DNA of 64,000 bases from Lingula anatina (taxonomy: Eukaryota; Animalia; Brachiopoda): NCBI GenBank assembly GCA_051362555.1, contig CM120647.1:16716651-16780650 (forward strand), in the 5' to 3' direction. Shown here piece after piece: positions 12,809 through 24,122 of this stretch. Each line of letters begins with the position of its first letter. Position 1 is the first letter of the stretch. A program made the position numbers and the translations under genes. The notes beneath the pieces are model-generated. The model had not been told where the DNA came from. It did not search any database and saw only the letters and a program-made list of their open reading frames with translations.

Positions 12809-13178
12809 GTAAAAATTTGCCCAGGTTGTAGCTTTATCTCGTTGGTTTTATTTGTAGATTGCTGTTAACATGCATTTGCAGAAATCATTGGTTTATAAAT
12901 ATATTTTAGAATTTCAAAAGGTAAGTTGTTGTCAAGTGATTATGGTTGAGCTACTGAGCCTCATAATTCTTCCCGTTTTATTTCTTGTTTGGTTGGTAAC
13001 ATGCATTTATTTGTAGAGCAGTACTGGTTTGCAATTTTCTTTTTCAAAAAAAGAGAAGTTTACATATTAGAAAATTGCTTACCTTACAGTAATTGTAGTT
13101 GTAGACACGTTAATTCTTATTTAACTATTTAGATGCGTTTACAGAATGTTATAGGGTCCCAAGTATCTCCAATAACCA

Positions 13179-14059
13179 ATGTTCACATTTCAGAAGATGA
13201 CTTGTTATCTCGTGATAACAGCTGCTGTGACCTGCGCATGCGTGGTAGCTATTATGGTACAACAAACCGAGGGAGTGTGCTGCAAATCCGAGTACTATGG
13301 GTATTGCAAGGACTGCACTTTGGTATGTATATTCAGTATGAAACTTTGCATAAACCACTCTGTTTCAATACCACTAAATGATCCAGGATTGTATTTGAAA
13401 AAAAGGCGTAGGTGCAAAAAATGAAAATAAAAAAATGTTGTTTTTATTAATACTTAAAAGTATCATTTGGTTAATTGGGAGATTTTGACAGCAACAGACA
13501 AGACACAGGAATTGGAGCTATCAGGTGTTGTTTATTTCCGTTTTGCGTTAGTTTTATTATTTGGGGAGAGAGAAGCGGAAGGAGTAATTCAGATGCAAAA
13601 AAGATGGCAACGCATGTCCGACTATGCATGGTCTCCCATCCCAACTAGATCAGTTGTTATAAAGCTCAAAACAGAACTTTGAACGACTAGTCTAACCGAA
13701 TATTGGGTATGAATTTACCACCAGTTGTTATGAGCCATGTGGAATTTGAATGGCTTGACGTATTCGACTTTATTTTAATTTTTAAAATACGTTTTTGGAA
13801 ACATATTATTTGATCTGAATATTCTGACAGCTATGATGCGTTATAAACTAGACAGTGTTAAGTAAGAGAGGTAAAATGTCCGAATTATTAAAGTAAACAG
13901 TGTACTTCCGGCTTGGTAGTTCAACCTTCTTGGATATTTAATGCCCCCTTCAAACTTGTTTTTCAGGGTACCCCTTACTGTGGGAATCAAGGCTGTAATG
14001 TATTCGGCTGTGCATGTGGTGGAGGATGTAGAACTGACTGTGGAAAAAGCGTAATGTAA
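13179..14059 (+). CDS. Secreted 10-Cys Diedel-like peptide, copy C (exons 13179-13322, 13967-14059)
   Basis: MFTFQKMTCYLVITAAVTCACVVAIMVQQTEG-VCCKSEYYGYCKDCTL|GTPYCGNQGCNVFGCACGGGCRTDCGKSVM*; GT-AG, phase 0. Confidence 0.88.
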
Positions 14060-16762
14060 GTTATCGGTGGATATATTTAGCTTTATATCAGCACAGAACT
14101 GCGAAGGTGAAATAGTGTATTCCTAACTTCTCTTCATAACTGTATGTTGGCCAAGTACATGGCTTTATTTGGACCTTCGACTGTGAATGAGAAAAATTAT
14201 CTCCCGATTGATTTGTTCTATGAATTAAAGAACACGCTTTACAGATTTGCCACTACCAGTACTTCAAGATTAAGTTGATGTAACTCACATCAGACTTCCT
14301 TTTTTTATAGTGTTGAAAGCAATTTTCATGGTACTGTAGTGGACTGCAGATGTGCCAACACAAGGTCCACGAGGGGCACTGATGGTGGTTATGATGACGT
14401 AAGCGAAGTTCAACCTTGACCTGACGCACATTTGATGCACTCTTCTGGAAACACAGCGCATTTTCTTGAATCACCCTTGTTGAAGTCAATGGGAAACCCA
14501 GTGTTTGAATATCTTTTATGTAAGCTAGGATGACTACTGTGTTTCATTAAAAAAAGGACGTACAGTACCATGTGCTCTGCTATTTGTTCTGTTTTGATAT
14601 TAATTATAACTAACCATCCGGAATGCTATCCCAAATCAAATTTATCTCTACGGAAAAGGTAAAAGTACCTACCTGACACGTATCTCAAGTCGTTAGTTCA
14701 TATGAAATTTTATTCTAACTAGTATTTTATTTGGGCAATACTATGGGCAATACTACAATATACTATAATGTTAAGTTGGATTATATTGAAATATGGTGTA
14801 TACATCTGAGTCGATCAAAGCAATTCACAATAAGCCATGAGTGGCATGTCATCTGGGGTCAAATTTGATGTTATTTTTATCCAACGTAACGAATATAAAA
14901 TAGCTAACCATAACGTAAGGTGCTAAGTAAAAGTCTAATTTCCAGTTATATTTTTATTAATTTGTATTTCTGTGACGGCGTTGGTGGTCCTGTGATTTTG
15001 AACGTCTTCAAGAAGTAAAAGACAGCACACATATGTGATTTTCTTACGTTGAAAGCACTGGATGCATTTACATATATATCCGGTGGAAATATCCCAAAGG
15101 CAAATCTGTTCCCCGTGCAAATCTTCTTATCCTTCCCAATTGAGAACAAACGATAGACATTCTTAATGTAGATACAATATATGACGGGTGGACCATTTGT
15201 ACTAGTCTAAATAGTTCTCTTGCTGACGTGGGGGACTACAGTAAATTATGTTTATTGTTTTGTCTGTCCTTACTAACATAATTCGTGTAAGGGTAAAGTA
15301 CTGGTTTGTAAACCTGTAGTTAAGTCATTTAATGGACATGACCAAATTGCAATGAAATACAAAATGAACAGCTAAAAATCATTCATTTAAAAAAACAACA
15401 CTGTATATTTTTCTGTTTGCTTAAAAACCTGACAATGTATTTGGCTTTGTAACTAAACATTTCCTTTTTCTGGCACAGCTAGAACAGCTAACAGCTAAAA
15501 ATAATTCATTTAAAAAAACAACACTGTATATTTTTCTGTTTGCTTAAAAACCTGACAATGTATTTGACTTTGTAACTAAACATTTCCTTTTTCTGGCACA
15601 GATACAGGTGACATTTTGAATTAAAACAGTTTTATCTGTAGCGTTTGTGAATGAATGATTATAAATGAATGGAAACACTGAATTATACTGGTTCTTTTGG
15701 AGTGAAAAAAGGAAAATGAGCCGTAGTCTATGTTACTTACAGTTTTGAAACCACAAAAAAAAAAAAAAAAGATAAATGTATGGTTTTCATTTCAATAATT
15801 CTGTCCATGAAGTAAGGAAGCTAATGATGAAAAACGCAGGTAGATTTTTGAATTGGTCTACAAGAAAGTACCTGCTAGAAGAATTACATATAGAATAACA
15901 CGTGATCTTGGGACACAAACCCCTCTCATATCAGGCAAGACTACATGAACCGAGATCCACGGTAAAAAATTGCAGATTTTTCTCTTCTAATTTTTCCGTT
16001 TTCATTTCTAGAATGTTTGCTCACATTCGTTTATATTGGTTTGGGTGCGTACCTTTGTCTGAAAAACAATGAGAACATTTCAAATGACTAGCCTAATTCA
16101 AATGATATAGGTACTGAGAATATAAGCCACATTTTTGTCATTTTTACTTTGCCCAGTTAATCCAGCAGCCATCTTACTTCACAAAATCACTGCAAGGCAT
16201 GACGCATCAAATTCATTTCAATGTCAAACCCAGGCGTTTAAGACCAGCAGTTTAATTTACTTTTCTTTTTCCTGGCATAATATCGTTTTTCTGACGGTGG
16301 CCTACCTGCCTACAGGTGAATATATAGAGAACAACACGTTATCCTGGGACATAAACCTTATAGCAGACACGAGCGACAAACCAAGATTTAAGGTAAAAAT
16401 TTGCCCAGGTTGTAGCTTTATCTCGTTGGTTTTATTTGTTGATTGCTGTTAACATGCATTTGCAGAAATCAATGGTTTATAAATATATTTTAGAATTTCA
16501 AAAGGTAAGTTGTTGTCAAGTGATTATGGTTGAGCTACTGAGCCTCATAATTCTTCCCGTTTTATTTCTTGTTTGGTTGGTAACATGCATTTATTTGTAG
16601 AGCAGTACTGGTTTGCAATTTTCTTTTTCAAAAAAAGAGAAGTTTACATATTAGAAAATTGCTTACCTTACAGTAATTGTAGTTGTAGACACTTTAATTC
16701 TTATTTAACTATTTAGATGCGTTTACAGAATGTTATAGGGTCCCAAGTATCTCCAATAACCA

Positions 16763-17641
16763 ATGTTCACATTTCAGAAGATGACTTGTTATCTCGTGAT
16801 AACAGCTGCTGTGACCTGCGCATGCGTGGTAGCTATTATGGTACAACAAACCGAGGGAGTGTGCTGCAAATCCGAGTACTATGGGTATTGCAAGGACTGC
16901 ACTTTGGTATGTATATTCAGTATGAAACTTTGCATAAACCACTCTGTTTCAATACCACTAGATGATCCAGGATTGTATTTGAAAAAAGGCGTAGGTGCAA
17001 AAAATGAAAATAAAAAAAATGTTGTTTTTTTTAATACTTAAAAGTATAATTTGGTTAATTGGGAGATTTTGACAGCAACAGACAAGACACAGGAATTGGA
17101 GCTATCAGGTGTTGTTTATTTCCGTTTTGCGTTAGTTTTATTATTTGGGGAGAGAGAAGCGGAAGGAGTAATTCAGATGCAAAAAAGATGGCAACGCATG
17201 TCCGACTATGCATGGTCTCCCATCCCAACTAGATCAGTTGTTATAAAGCTCAAAACAGAACTTTGAACGACTAGTCTAACCGAATATTGGGTATGAATTT
17301 ACCACCAGTTGTTATGAGCCATGTGGAATTTGAATGGCTTGACTTATTCGACATTATTTTAATTTTAAAAATACGTTTTTGGAAACATTATTTGATCTGA
17401 ATATTCTGACAGCTATGATGCGTTATAAACTAGACAGTGTTAAGTAAGAGAGGTAAAATGTCAGAATTATTAAAGTAAACAGTGTACTTCCGGCTTGGTA
17501 GTTCAACCTTCTTGGATATTTAATGCCCCCTTCAAACTTGTTTTTCAGGGTACCCCTTACTGTGGGAATGAAGGCTGTAATGTATTCGGCTGTGCATGTG
17601 GTGGAGGATGTAGAACTGACTGTGGAAAAAGCGTAATGTAA
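16763..17641 (+). CDS. Secreted 10-Cys Diedel-like peptide, copy D (exons 16763-16906, 17549-17641)
   Basis: Same protein as copy C except CGNEG instead of CGNQG; GT-AG, phase 0. Confidence 0.85.
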
Positions 17642-18709
17642 GTTATCGGTGGATATATTTAGCTTTATATCAGCACAGAACTTCGAAGGTGAAATAGTGT
17701 ATTCCTAACTTCTCTTCATAACTGTATGTTGGCCAAGTACATGGCTTTATTTGGACCTTCGACTGTGAATGAGAAAAATTATCTCCCGATTGATTTGTTC
17801 TATGAATTAAAGAACACGCTTTACAGATTTGCCACTACCAGTACTTCAAGATTAAGTTGATGTAACTCACATCAGACTTCCTTTTTTTACAGTGTTGAAA
17901 GTGATTTTTATGGTACTGTAGTGGACTGCAGATGTGCCAACACAAGGTCTACGAGGGGCACTGATAGTGGTTATGATGACGTAAGCGAAGTTCAACCTTG
18001 ACCTGACGCACATTTGATGCACTCTTCTGGAAACACAGCGCATTTTCTTGAATCACCCTTGTTGAAGTCAATGGGAAACCCAGTGTTTGAATATCTTTTA
18101 TGTAAGCTAGGATGACTACTGTGTTTCATTAAAAAAATGACGTACAGTACCATGTGCTCTGCTATTTGTTCTGTTTTGATATTTATTATAACTAACCATC
18201 CGGAATGCTATCCCAAATCAAATTTATCTCTACGGAAAAGGTAAAAGTACCTACCTGACACGTATCTCAAGCCGTTAGTTCCTATGTAATTTTAGTCTAA
18301 CTAGTATTTTATTTACCGTGGGCAATACCACACTATACTATAACGTTAAGTTGGATTTTATTGAAATATGGTGTATAAGTCACAATGAGGCATAAGTGGC
18401 ATGTTATCTTGGGCCAAATTTGATGTTATTTTATCCAACATAACGAATATAAAACAGCTAACCATAACAAAGGGTGCTAAACTAAGTGTAAACTAATTTC
18501 CAGTTTAATTTAAATTTATTTGTTTTTCTATGACGGCGTTGGTGTTCCTGAGAGGTATATAAATAGCACTAAAACAACTGCATTCAAAGTAGTTGCTGTG
18601 TGTGAAGTCAACTTCCAAGCTTTTTCACGTTTATATCACTTTCTTCATTATCTTTGTAGAGCCGCATTATGCAACAGCAACGCATGTTGCAAACAAAGAA
18701 CTTTTTCAG

Positions 18710-19810
18710 TTGGTGAACCTTCCGTCTCCCCATGGCAACTGTGGCGAGAGAAAACTGGCTTATTACAAAAAGTACAGCAAAATAAACTGCCGTGCAGAAT
18801 GCTTGTATGAATCTATGGTGTAAGCAGTTGAAATGACAGTCGTAAAGTCTGTGAACGTAGCTCAACCTCAAGGCAACCATTTAAACACACACAGAAAAAA
18901 ACATGTTAACTTAGTCTATGTCGTAGAGAGACTGTAAGAATCACTGCTGTCACAAATGATAGGCCTAATGAAAGGATTCGTTTAGACAGAAACAAAATTT
19001 CAATTGTCAGATAAGATTAAAAATTCTAGATTTAGTCGATGACATACGGATCGATATTCGGTTAAATATTCTTGGTTTGAACACGTCTGATGCTTAGTTT
19101 GTGGAATTATTTAGAAGAAAAAAAAACTGTCGAAAAGCAGTGTGATAATAATACTAATACAAATTTTGCAAAAATTCTTAAGATTATAAATGATGGATAA
19201 ATAAAAGTAAAAATGTATATTTACATTGATAATGAAATCAAAGTCTTGTGCTATACTGTAAAAAATAACGTGAATTTAAACTCACGGGTTCTTGCATTTT
19301 CAACATTCCAGACACAACATGACTTTGAAAACGTGCGGCTGCCGAATGGTATGATATCCAGAGGTCAAAGGTTACAGAGGCTGTTCCCCACGTGACATCA
19401 TCACGTGTTATTTCCCGCTGTCAGAAAACACGACCCAATAAAGCAACGTTGTGGCTGCATACATGTAGCACCATGCGATATTTTATCTTTTGACTACAGC
19501 ATCTAGTTCAAACGTGTTTCCAAAAGCAATATCGTCGGAGTTATTAAACAGAACTGCAGAATCCATTGAAAAATACTTCGTCAGCGTGGCGTTATACTAC
19601 ACGGATATGACGTACGAGGAGGTGGTACAACAAGAAGCCTACAGCACGCTGACTTTGTTTGCTGACATAGCACCTTAATGACAATGGCCGAAATATTGAA
19701 TTTTTTTTATATGATTATGTGATTGGAAGATGAAGATTCCGAGATGGAAAAATAAGAATTTGAACGTCTTTAAGAAGAAAGAGGCAGAAGACAGCGGTCG
19801 TGTGTGATAT
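18710..19810 (+). pseudogene. DEG/ENaC last two exons (18710-18819 open; 19312-~19810 decayed)
   Basis: Penultimate exon reads LVNLPSPHGNCGERKLAYYKKYSKINCRAECLYESMV. The terminal exon has frameshifts and a deletion of the TM2 GGALGLVLG core (gacatag/caccttaatg). Confidence 0.85.
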
Positions 19811-21098
19811 TCTTACGTGCATGTACATATATCCGGTGGAAATATCCCAAAGTCAAATCTGTTCCCCGCGCAAAGATTCATATCCTTCCCAATTCAGAAC
19901 AAACAATATAAACTTATAAATAAAAATTATGAAACATTATTAATTTCGGTACAATTTATGAGAGGTGGACCATTTGTACTAGTCTAAATTGTTGTCTTGC
20001 TGACGTGGGGGACTATAGTAAAATGCGTCTAATGTTTTGTCCGTCTTTACTGACATAATCCGTGTAAGGATAAGTACTGGTCTATAAACCTGTAGTTAAG
20101 TCCAGGACATGACCAAATTGCGATGAAATTAAAAATGAACAGCTAAACAATTTAAGTGTCATTCATTTAAAAAAGCATCAATGTATATCTTTTTGTTTGC
20201 TTAAGAACCTCACAATGTATTTGGCTTTGTGACTGAACATTTCTTTTTTCTGGCACAGATGCAGGTGACATTTAAATCCAAACAGTTTTATCAATAGAGT
20301 TTGTGAATGGATGATAATAAATGAACGGAAACACCGCGCTGAATTATACCGGTTCTTTTGAAGTGAAAAAAGGAAAATGGGCTTTAATCTACGTTATTGA
20401 CGGTTTTGAAACCACAAAAATAAAGGTATAATTACCATTTGAATAATTCGGTCCATGAAGAATGGAAGCTAATGATGAAAAGCGCAGTTAGCTAATTGTG
20501 TATTGGCCGCTACAAGAAAGTACCTACTAAAAGAATTACGTATCTATACTAACACGTTATCTTGGGACACAAACCTCTCTCATATCAGACCAGATCAACT
20601 GAGATCTAAGGTAAAAAATTACAAGTTTTTCTCTTCTAATTTTTCCGTTTTCATTTCTAGAATGTTTGTTCACATTCATATATAGTGGTTTGGGCGCGTA
20701 CTTTTGTTTGAAAATCAATGATGACATTTCAAATGACTAGCCTAATTCAAATGATATAGGTGCTGAGAATATAAGTCGCATTTTGTCATTTTTACTTTCC
20801 CCTTGAATCCAGCCGCCATCTTCTTTCACAATTTCGGCGTGAGGCATCATATAGTGTCATCAAATTCACTTAAATGTGAAAACCAGGCGGTTAAGACCAG
20901 CAGTTTAATTTACTTTTCTTTTTCTTGGTAAAATATCGTTTTTCTGAGGGTGGCAAACCTGCCGAGAGATTAATATAAAGAGAACAACATGTTATCCTGG
21001 GACATAAACCTTATATCAGACATGAGCGACAAACCGAGATCTAAGGTAAAAATTTGCTCTGGTTGTAGCTTTATCTTTTTTGGTTTTTATTTGTAGAT

Positions 21099-22354
21099 AC
21101 AGCGGTAGGAATAATTATGTTTCCCTTTTCACCGGTTTAACAACGTTTTAAATGTTTTAATCCCTATCCTGTGAATAGAAGGGGGCGGGCCAACAATGGA
21201 GACTCGTATAAATCCCTTCAAAATTCAAACGCACAAACACAATAGCTTAGGTGCAATAACACAATACTTTAGACGAGTGAACCCCATGACGCCGGTTTCA
21301 GAGGTCCAATGAACTGTAACTAGATGTAATTAACAGCATGATACATCAGCCAGAAGGCCCCCATTGTTTGTTGCTCCGGTAACATTATAGCTTTAAGAGG
21401 CTAGAACCCATCCTACCGCGCGCCACTAAACCGTCTCCCGTAGCGAACTGTCCTTTTGTTCACTAGCTTATCACGCGCAGCTGATCATGTTTTAAGTGTT
21501 GCTAGCAAACTGCTAGTTTAATTTGGTATAGTGTTCCGTAGTCAAAAATTCAATGTGATTGTGCATCAGCATGATTAACAATTTACCCAGTCTCAAAATT
21601 CTTATTGCAGATAGTATTTATTAATTATGAATGACAATGGGCAAAAATGTGAAGATTAAAGATGCTCCGTATATATATTTCCATCCTCGCGCCCAGTTTA
21701 AAAAATAAAGATTAAAAGTAACAAAGAAAGCAACATTATTTTAAAAAGATATTTACAGAACAATCTAAAGTGTAGCTCAATTACTAAAAAGATTTATTTG
21801 ATATGGACAATTGGCTTGAACCAGTCTTATTTTATTAACATTGTCACCGCTGAATTTAACATTATTATTTTACAGCACTAATCTTATTTCACAATCTTAT
21901 TGTTTAGGCCTGGTTTAAGTTTGTTTAAGAACTGATAGCCATCGTGTTTAACAATAGATTGTCAGCTATTGTTAGATCCCCCTCCTCTTTTAACCGATGT
22001 CATTCATGTCCGGATACTTTATATAGTGTGATCACACTGTCAGTCCGGAAACACGCTGGAGTTAAATTGTCCTTGTGCCACTGCTCGATATTTTCTCCTA
22101 TTCTGTTGTTTATATAAACCTTTTCACTTATTTTTAAACATTTTCATCTCATTTTCCATTATGCGCTCTGAGAAACGGATGATTATTTCCCACAACAGAA
22201 TAATTTTTAAAGCAATTTGTCAGCTTATAACTATGACATGGCGCCCTTTTTTCTGGTTGCTGTTTCAAAATGGACATAAGTTTGTCGAGGTTTAATGCAT
22301 AGCTCTTATAACGTTATATTTATGTGCATCTAAACAATAAGATGTCAATTTTAA
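21099..22354. mobile_element. ~1.25 kb unclassified insertion in the putative leader intron; second copy at ~36310-37597
   Basis: Absent from paralogous units (ttgtagat...ctgttgacttgc). It begins ta|cagcggtagg like a Tc1/mariner end, but no matching right TIR was found. Confidence 0.5.
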
Positions 22355-22591
22355 CTGTTGACTTGCATTTGCAAAAATCAATAGTTTAGAAAAGAAACTT
22401 GTTGTAAAGTGATTGTTGAGCTACTTAGCCACATAATTTTTCCCATTTTATGTCTTGGTTGGCTGGTAACATGAATTTATTCCCAGAGCGGTGCTGCTTT
22501 GCATTTTTTTCAAAAAAAAAGAAGTTTACATATTAGAAAATTGCTTACCTTACAGTGATTGTAGTTGTAGACACTAATTCTTGTTTAACTA

Positions 22592-24066
22592 CCGTGTAGC
22601 TATTTAGTCCCCGGTCACTTTAATAGCACACGCACGGCGAACGTGCGTGTGCCCCCGACAGTGTTAATGATAGGGGGATTACGATAGACAGCGCAAGTCG
22701 CTCACAGCGGGAGTCACTATCGCCGCTGTTAGGCCGGTAATTAAGTCTTTAACTTGACTAAACATGTTTCGCTTTGTAACTTGCGTCCTTCAGTCTTGCT
22801 GTTGCGGAAGCGCCGGCGAGAAATATCTCCACCTTGCCGATATTTATCCCGACTCCCGACTTGAAAAGTAAAATTCGTTTTGATTTTATCAAAGTCTTAT
22901 TGTATCAGAAAACCTGCATATTTTCATACGTTAAGAGAATTATAGAAACTGTAAAAAAGCTACTCGTACATCAGGGATAGAAAACAAGACCTTGCAGCAC
23001 TATAATCTATTATTCATCACCAGAAGTTCCTGTTTCACTTTTTTCTCCCAAATTACAAAGTCTGGTGACAACTGAAAGGTTTTAGCCATTATACCTCAGG
23101 GCAGTGAGAGAGTTGATTAAAAGTAATAAAATTATATATTTTGAAGAATTTTCCTAGCCTTCGGCAATTTCCGCAAAGCTTCGGCATGCGCGGCAATACA
23201 GATCTGTCGATATCGGTGTGAAAGTGTAATAGCACTGGTGGAATAACGGTTAACGTCGTTGCAAACGTTGTAACCTACCCGACGGGAGTTCGTACCCCAA
23301 AGGTACTTTTGAAATTTTGGAATTATCATTATTATTGATATCTTTTAATATTAAAACAGTTGTGGCTAATTGTTTTTGCAACGAAAAGCAGAGTAGGGAG
23401 GATTGTTGTTATTGTTAAAGTTATTATGACTGGGGACATAAATTAGTATGCTAATCGCTTATCATGGTATAATGATTGATACGATGGGTATCAGATAGTT
23501 TTCATTTGATATAAACGACGAAATAGCGGCCTTCCAAAGATCTTTGCTGAATGTTTATAACGTAGGTACTATTATGCGCACAAATATTGATACATGACGC
23601 AAACGACATTTACTCATTTCGGTAATATTAATTTTAATTAAAAATAAAATTAAATTAAATTGAAATTAAAATTAAAATTTGTCTAAACGTGCATATTACC
23701 ATACACCGTGTTTAAAGGGTTCTCAACACTTTACATCCTAATACAGCTTGTCAATTTTCATGTTTGCTAGTTTATTTTGATTTGAGTGAGGACCGACCCT
23801 CTACTAGGACCGCAAATTATATATGAGTATTTTTCTTCAGTGCAAGAGACTGCATAATGAAAAATCAATCTGCAACTCTGGTATAGGATGGCCTTATGTG
23901 TGTAATAATATACAAGTAGGGGCAGGGGTACAATTTTATAGTACAATAAGTCATTTATACATCTATTGATCTCATCGTCGGGTCACTGTTTACAATAGCG
24001 CTTTGTCGCTGTGCGTACCTTTTTGCATTTGAGTTAGACTCAGTCAGTAACAGCTGGTGATTTTGT

Positions 24067-24122
<56 letters not shown>

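Larger units (their letters stand above)
11036..18290 (+). repeat. Near-identical tandem duplication, period ~3.58 kb
   Basis: Matching landmarks are offset by ~3584 bp (ATG 13179 vs 16763; ORF 12552 vs 16135). Only scattered SNPs and small indels are visible. Confidence 0.9.

Noticed and set aside
13133-13381. ORF MRLQNVIGSQ... overlapping peptide exon 1 (also 16717, 32017) as a second protein
   Set aside because: The frame closes early in copies B and G, so it is not conserved; it is a shadow of the peptide exon, at most a uORF.
13179-13424. Single-exon reading of the peptide ORFs (..CTLVCIFSMKLC..)
   Set aside because: The tails after the GT donor vary in length and frame, whereas splicing to the conserved downstream exon gives a uniform 10-Cys product.
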